Virus record (IMG/VR): IMGVR_UViG_3300047548_001236
Location: 218,856-282,855 of that record
Strand: one strand, 5' to 3'
DNA length: 64,000 bases
The position numbers were made by a program, and so were the translations under genes. Below, piece by piece: positions 59,598 to 64,000 of this stretch (its first letter is position 1; each line of letters opens with the position of its first letter). Under the pieces are notes generated by a model. The model was not told where the DNA came from. It ran no database searches and saw only the letters and a program-made list of their open reading frames with translations.

Positions 59598-59605
59598 TAT
59601 TTATT
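59598..59605 (-). promoter_or_regulatory. Late promoter variant AATAAATA
   Basis: 7/8 match upstream of the two small genes. Confidence 0.4.
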
Positions 59606-59676
59606 GCACTATATCATGAAAAGTCGTGTTCCGGTCAGGGTATTTGCGAATAGCTGCTTTCACATAAAGTGGACGA

Positions 59677-60984
59677 TCAAGTAATCTCTTGCCAAGCAAT
59701 CGATCCAAGAGCATCGTCGCCCGCTGCTGCACCTGTAGCAATCAAGCTGAATACTGTGCCTTTGTTAGACGCGGCAAATGGATTACGTTCCAACTGATAC
59801 GAGAATACATCAGCAGTCTTGAGATTTGTCGTTTGACCACCAGCGCCCGACGCAACGTTGACAAATCCCTGAGCAAGAGTTCTTCCGCCTGTGATTGCAG
59901 TGGCGGTGATATCGTATTCAATAGACGACTCGGATGCCACGTTTGCCCATTGAGCTCCTGTAAGCGTTCCGCCAACAACAATCTTCCAATTGTAACGTGT
60001 GTTATTCCCCACACCAAAGAATTCAACATCTGTCGGAACCACAATTGCATCAGCTCTCGTGTCTTTCAAACGTATTGATATGATTGGTGTGAATGTTCCA
60101 GCTGTAGGAATGTCCTTGGGTGTCATCAATGGTATGCCAATTGTGAAGGAACGGCCCCGAAGGTCGTAACCACCTTCGGATATCACAGACGTACAAACAA
60201 TTTTTGCAGTGCTAGGCACGGCCGTGTTTGCAGTGTTTTCAATCTCCATGCGTACAGGCAAGCACGCTGTTCCCATGTACGTAGTTTCAATCCTATTAGC
60301 GTGGTGGAATGAATGACAGTGAATCAGCTTACCGTCAATCACAAAACCGTTACGGACTGTGCCTAGTCCCAACCATTCGATGTCGGTAAACATGATTTGT
60401 GCTTTTGTGATGTCGAGAACAAGTCCGCTAGGACCATCCCCATCAAGAGGATCGACATTCCACTGCGACTGCGGAACTTTGGTTTCTCTTAGTGAGCCGC
60501 TTGAGAATGAACGCTCAACGAAGAACAACTCGTTGTTTGCAAGTTCAAGAAATATACCGTTCTGCTCTCCAAAATATCCATAACGCTGGCGCAAACCGTT
60601 TTGTGGAGGGGCGAGAACAAACGTTTGTAGAATTTGTAGTGATTTGCCAGGCTGGTACGCAAACACTCTAGACGATTCTCTTTTGACAACGTCACCTGCG
60701 GTTGTACCAACATTGCAAAGGACTATACTAGAATTTGGGTCGTGAACAGTGTTAGCCGCTCCAGCAGTGAACTGACTTATTCTTCCGTTGTCTTGGAACC
60801 GATGAAATGAATCAAATAAAGTGAACGGATCTGACGTTCGAGCTCTACCAAATGCATCAACGGCCATACCACTTGGGTTGGCTGGGCCAATCATATTACC
60901 GTATTGATCGGCCAACATGACAACTTCAAAAAGGGTCTTGTTGTCACCGAGATATCTATACGTATCTTTTCTATACTGAGCCAT
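59677..60984 (-). CDS. Putative virion structural protein (beta-rich)
   Basis: VDAFGRARTSDPFTLFDS, YQPGKS, RYGYFGEQNGIFLE, WLGLGTVRNGF pattern recalled from T4-like structural proteins; Gly/Thr/Ala-rich. Confidence 0.6.
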   Translation of the reverse strand: MAQYRKDTYRYLGDNKTLFEVVMLADQYGNMIGPANPSGMAVDAFGRARTSDPFTLFDSFHRFQDNGRISQFTAGAANTVHDPNSSIVLCNVGTTAGDVVKRESSRVFAYQPGKSLQILQTFVLAPPQNGLRQRYGYFGEQNGIFLELANNELFFVERSFSSGSLRETKVPQSQWNVDPLDGDGPSGLVLDITKAQIMFTDIEWLGLGTVRNGFVIDGKLIHCHSFHHANRIETTYMGTACLPVRMEIENTANTAVPSTAKIVCTSVISEGGYDLRGRSFTIGIPLMTPKDIPTAGTFTPIISIRLKDTRADAIVVPTDVEFFGVGNNTRYNWKIVVGGTLTGAQWANVASESSIEYDITATAITGGRTLAQGFVNVASGAGGQTTNLKTADVFSYQLERNPFAASNKGTVFSLIATGAAAGDDALGSIAWQEIT

Positions 60985-60999
60985 TGAAATTCACTACCT

Positions 61000-61245
61000 T
61001 TACCTGCTAGATGGCTTATTTATAGCTGAACGTAATCTCCGCTCAATGATCCGTTGAGTATTATCCAAGTGTTTTTCTTCGCTGTCAATACCACTAACCC
61101 AAGCCACCTCAGCGTCGAGGCTATTGACGAGTGGCTTGGATTGAGTGCGATAAAATTGTAAGGCTTTTCTGAGCAGTATAAGAGCTAGTTTGTTCATCCA
61201 TAGGTTCTTACGGATCTTCATGCGAGCCTTCATTTTTCCAAACAT
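61000..61245 (-). CDS. Small hypothetical protein (start uncertain)
   Basis: Fills the gap between long ORFs. Confidence 0.45.
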   Translation of the reverse strand: MFGKMKARMKIRKNLWMNKLALILLRKALQFYRTQSKPLVNSLDAEVAWVSGIDSEEKHLDNTQRIIERRLRSAINKPSSR

Positions 61246-61248
61246 ATC

Positions 61249-62853
61249 TCATACGCGTATTGTGCATTTACCATTGATGACGTTGATAAGCTGACGCTGT
61301 CCGTTTTCATAGACTAGACAGCATGTTTGGGTCCAAGATGTGGGACCTCTGTTGTAACCAAGATCCAACTTCGTCATGGTTCCCACGCGGAACACACCTC
61401 TATGAATAGCAGCAGAATGCGCATGACCAATAACACAGTTTCCATATGTCTTCTCAAGAGTTGCGAGCGAAGGTTTTGCACCATTCATCCCAAGATCGCC
61501 GTGCGAACCACATTCAACGTCACCGATCTTGTAGCTGGAATCTCGAGTAAGAAAAGTCCAGTGTTCTGGAACACGTTGCTGCACAACCTCAAATCCTCGT
61601 TTGAGGACGTCTTTTTTCTCGAAAAGAGCTGTAGCTATCTTGAGGCTTGTGTAGTGGTTTGTGGGATCGCTGATGTAGCGGCCTTCTTGAAGATATCGTG
61701 TTAGGAATTCGTCGTGGTTTGACTTGACAATTACCACTTCCCGAGGATTGAGGTAGCCGTCAATGTAATCAATCAAACCATATGTGTCTAATAGTTCTTG
61801 ATATAGATCGTGATATCCTTGCATCTCCCTAATTGCACGAGCAGCAATTGTTGTTTCGTGATGGTTGATACTAAACCCGTCAAAGATATCGTGCAGGAAC
61901 ACGCGATTGATCTCCATCGTCGATGCAAGCTCGAGAACGGGTTTGAGAGCTTCATCATCGACGTTGACAGCATGCAAATCGCCAAACACGAGGTTTGTCT
62001 CAACTGCAATGGTAGATCCATCAGGATTATATTGCGTTCCGAGATCAATGAACGATCCATCACTATCTGCTTGGATTTGACGGAAATGGAACACACGATC
62101 GTCCTGGATCTCAATGACAATCGCTCCAATTACGTGATCTTTTTCTGCGATATAAGACAAGCGCTTTGATACGAACGTCTCTGTGTAGTATCGCGGAAGC
62201 GTGCAAGCTCCTGTCGTCATGATCGAGTAATTCGTGCCACGGTTGTTGCCAGAAGGCACAAACTCCAAGAACTGTTTCGTTCCTGCAAACACGAACGATC
62301 CGTCTCTGTTTCCAATGCGAGACAGTCCGGTGATCGGACGGATCTGCTTCGCTGATACCTGAATGCTACACAAGCTGATGTTGTTGTTCAACAACGTATC
62401 CTTCGATACAAACATGTACTTGGGGTCAGAGAATACACTAGCAAAAACGGCTGTCTTATTTTCGAAGCTATTGGTGACACTTTCACAAGGCATGACAACA
62501 ATCTGTGCATCGTGCTCCTTGCTATATGTGTCAAGAGCTTTAAGGAATCCTTCATGTGGGGGTGAATCAGCAACAGCAGTTGTTACGATGAACGTTTTTG
62601 TGCTGTTTACACTTGCGCTACGTTGATCTGAGAACACATCATCTAATGACATGAACATATTGGACAGATCAGAGGAGTGCTCTTGATCCATGTGTTGATG
62701 AAGCTTCTCGATTCCACCAAAGCGTGAGCGTATGGCATCACGTGTAATGCCATACTTCAAGAAGTCTGCGTATGTCGGTCTTGTGTTGGTATCGGCAGCG
62801 ATGGTCAAATAATGTTGTATTATTTGCTGCCGTTTATCGTTTAGAGTTGTCAT
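61249..62853 (-). CDS. Calcineurin-like metallophosphoesterase with N-terminal HTH-like segment and uncharacterised middle domain
   Basis: FGDLH, HDIFDG, SNHDE, SHGD, IGHAH motifs; N-terminal RPTYADF..YGITRDAIRSRFGG. Confidence 0.65.
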   Translation of the reverse strand: MTTLNDKRQQIIQHYLTIAADTNTRPTYADFLKYGITRDAIRSRFGGIEKLHQHMDQEHSSDLSNMFMSLDDVFSDQRSASVNSTKTFIVTTAVADSPPHEGFLKALDTYSKEHDAQIVVMPCESVTNSFENKTAVFASVFSDPKYMFVSKDTLLNNNISLCSIQVSAKQIRPITGLSRIGNRDGSFVFAGTKQFLEFVPSGNNRGTNYSIMTTGACTLPRYYTETFVSKRLSYIAEKDHVIGAIVIEIQDDRVFHFRQIQADSDGSFIDLGTQYNPDGSTIAVETNLVFGDLHAVNVDDEALKPVLELASTMEINRVFLHDIFDGFSINHHETTIAARAIREMQGYHDLYQELLDTYGLIDYIDGYLNPREVVIVKSNHDEFLTRYLQEGRYISDPTNHYTSLKIATALFEKKDVLKRGFEVVQQRVPEHWTFLTRDSSYKIGDVECGSHGDLGMNGAKPSLATLEKTYGNCVIGHAHSAAIHRGVFRVGTMTKLDLGYNRGPTSWTQTCCLVYENGQRQLINVINGKCTIRV

Positions 62854-62882
62854 TCAATCCATCATCTGTTGTTGTTATGGTT

Positions 62883-62890
62883 TATTTATC
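62883..62890 (-). promoter_or_regulatory. Late promoter variant GATAAATA
   Basis: 7/8 match 29 nt upstream of the phosphoesterase ATG. Confidence 0.4.
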
Positions 62891-63401
62891 AGGGCCGAAT
62901 TTCGGACCCGTTAATTTTCACAGCAGTGATGGAGTCCAGAGAAAACGAGCGGATGACCACCTTGTTCTCGATTCCTCCCTGTGATTCCTCATTTTCCTTA
63001 ACGACGGGAATCCCTTCGATGTCATCTTTGTCGGTTTCGACGCCATCGACCAGATAAACGCTTTTGCCAGGAGAGACGAAGATGCATTCCAGGTACTTCT
63101 TGCCGTTGTGATCGATGAACGGGCTTTGCTCGATTCGTTGACCCCACGCACGTTTGCCAAGCACAAAAGTAGAAGGATCTTTACCTTCTTCGGCCATACG
63201 ACGCTTGATCATGTTCTCATAGCCGTTTTGTTCGGTGCTATTGAACACCATCACGTTAGCTCCACGAGTTGCTTTCTGCACACGACCTTGCAGTGGATTC
63301 TTCTTACCACCAGTCAGCTTGACGTCGGTAAGAGTGTCCAGGCTGATGAACGTCACACCTTTGACGTGATCGACAGCAGACTTGAGAGTTTGGTAATCCA
63401 T
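62889..63401 (-). CDS. Hypothetical protein
   Basis: AAAGGAG SD; 170-aa ORF. Confidence 0.65.
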   Translation of the reverse strand: MDYQTLKSAVDHVKGVTFISLDTLTDVKLTGGKKNPLQGRVQKATRGANVMVFNSTEQNGYENMIKRRMAEEGKDPSTFVLGKRAWGQRIEQSPFIDHNGKKYLECIFVSPGKSVYLVDGVETDKDDIEGIPVVKENEESQGGIENKVVIRSFSLDSITAVKINGSEIRP

Positions 63402-63429
63402 GATGTATCTCCTTTGATTTCAATATATC

Positions 63430-63627
63430 TCAATATGCCTGGCCAGTCAACTCATAACCGACAGCAACGAACGAAGGTGTCCATCCTGCAAAGCCAGAAC
63501 CGAGATTAAGTTTACGGCACAGTCCACGAGCTCGTTCCTCCGATGTGCGGAGTTCGATTGTCGTATCGGTATCGACCTCGATAATGTCGAAAGTGCCTTT
63601 GTCGTTCTTCGTCACCTTGTAGCTCAT
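63430..63627 (-). CDS. Small conserved T4-like protein
   Basis: CRKLNLGSGFAGWTPSF motif; ATGA overlap with the helicase stop. Confidence 0.65.
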   Translation of the reverse strand: MSYKVTKNDKGTFDIIEVDTDTTIELRTSEERARGLCRKLNLGSGFAGWTPSFVAVGYELTGQAY

Positions 63628-64000
63628 GATAACTGATCTCCTGTGTCAAATAGCTGTTTCTTACCACGTCGTATAGGCTTGTTCTCGTCACCCCACTGTT
63701 CAGCAAACGCACTCTTGTCAAACGTAGAAGTGTCTTGCTGAGCAGCAGTACTCGCCTCCGATGTCACATTCTTCTGTGCACTCTCTTCTAGATTGTACAG
63801 CTTCATCTTCGAACGGTCAATCCCAACAACAAACCGTCTGTAGTAGTTAATGTCACCCCATCGATTCTTCAACTGTTTAATCATCACCTGGCCAAGATTG
63901 TCCAGTTCCTCTGATGTGATAAGAGCGAAGATTGCGTCAGCGGTATGGGTGATACCCATTGATTCGGACGTGTTGGTTAGATCGACGTCTGAGTTGTCAT
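63624..64000 (-). CDS. gp41: Replicative DnaB-like helicase (T4 gp41), C-terminal part; 5' end outside the window
   Basis: NSDVDLTNTSESMGITHTAD..FAL...EEL..LGQ.MIKQLKNR......RFVVGIDRSKMKLY. Confidence 0.93.
   Translation of the reverse strand, partial: DNSDVDLTNTSESMGITHTADAIFALITSEELDNLGQVMIKQLKNRWGDINYYRRFVVGIDRSKMKLYNLEESAQKNVTSEASTAAQQDTSTFDKSAFAEQWGDENKPIRRGKKQLFDTGDQLS

Noticed and set aside
1-64000. tRNA, rRNA, CRISPR array, integrase or transposase
   Set aside because: Intergenic gaps are too short for tRNA cloverleaves or repeat-spacer arrays and I saw none by eye; no recombinase motifs. A tRNAscan-SE or CRISPR-finder run would confirm.

Overview
A 64-kb internal segment of a large T4-like myovirus genome, densely coding and almost entirely on the minus strand. 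Phage markers are a gp30-type DNA ligase, gp61 primase, the C-terminus of gp41 helicase, a Dda/RecD helicase, thyA, DHFR, a class II (B12) ribonucleotide reductase, T4-type TATAAATA late promoters, capsid-targeting leaders and a holin/GH19 endolysin/spanin set. The host is probably an alphaproteobacterium; this is inferred from NrdJ, a rhizobial-type HiPIP domain and host-like small proteins. Layout: (1) 1-6.5 kb, four plus-strand His-rich proteins, three with alpha-solenoid repeats, two being paralogues with capsid-targeting leaders; (2) 6.5-37 kb, an accessory run of about 80 mostly small genes containing a full NAD salvage cluster (nadV, nadM-Nudix, nadR, pnuC) interrupted by an HNH/NUMOD3 homing endonuclease, plus Thg1, a nucleotidyltransferase, HD, AAA_33 kinase, ClpP, NADAR and SleB; (3) 37.8-43 kb, nucleotide metabolism and primase; (4) 43-52 kb, lysis genes and internal head proteins; (5) 52-59 kb, a glycosylation/ADP-heptose island; (6) 59-64 kb, structural and replication genes. 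The strongest finding is a tandem RNA hairpin (AGAGA pentaloop, then a GGAGU Shine-Dalgarno pentaloop) with covarying stems directly upstream of nadV, nadM-Nudix and pnuC, a candidate cis-regulatory RNA for a phage NAD regulon. Also notable: a phosphoesterase split by an in-frame UAG at the base of a long hairpin, a kinase split by a +1 G in a G-run, and a HiPIP [4Fe-4S] domain fused to a capsid-targeted protein. All calls come from manual motif reading; no database search was run. Start codons adjusted from the ORF track are my best estimates from SD sites and stop/start overlaps.
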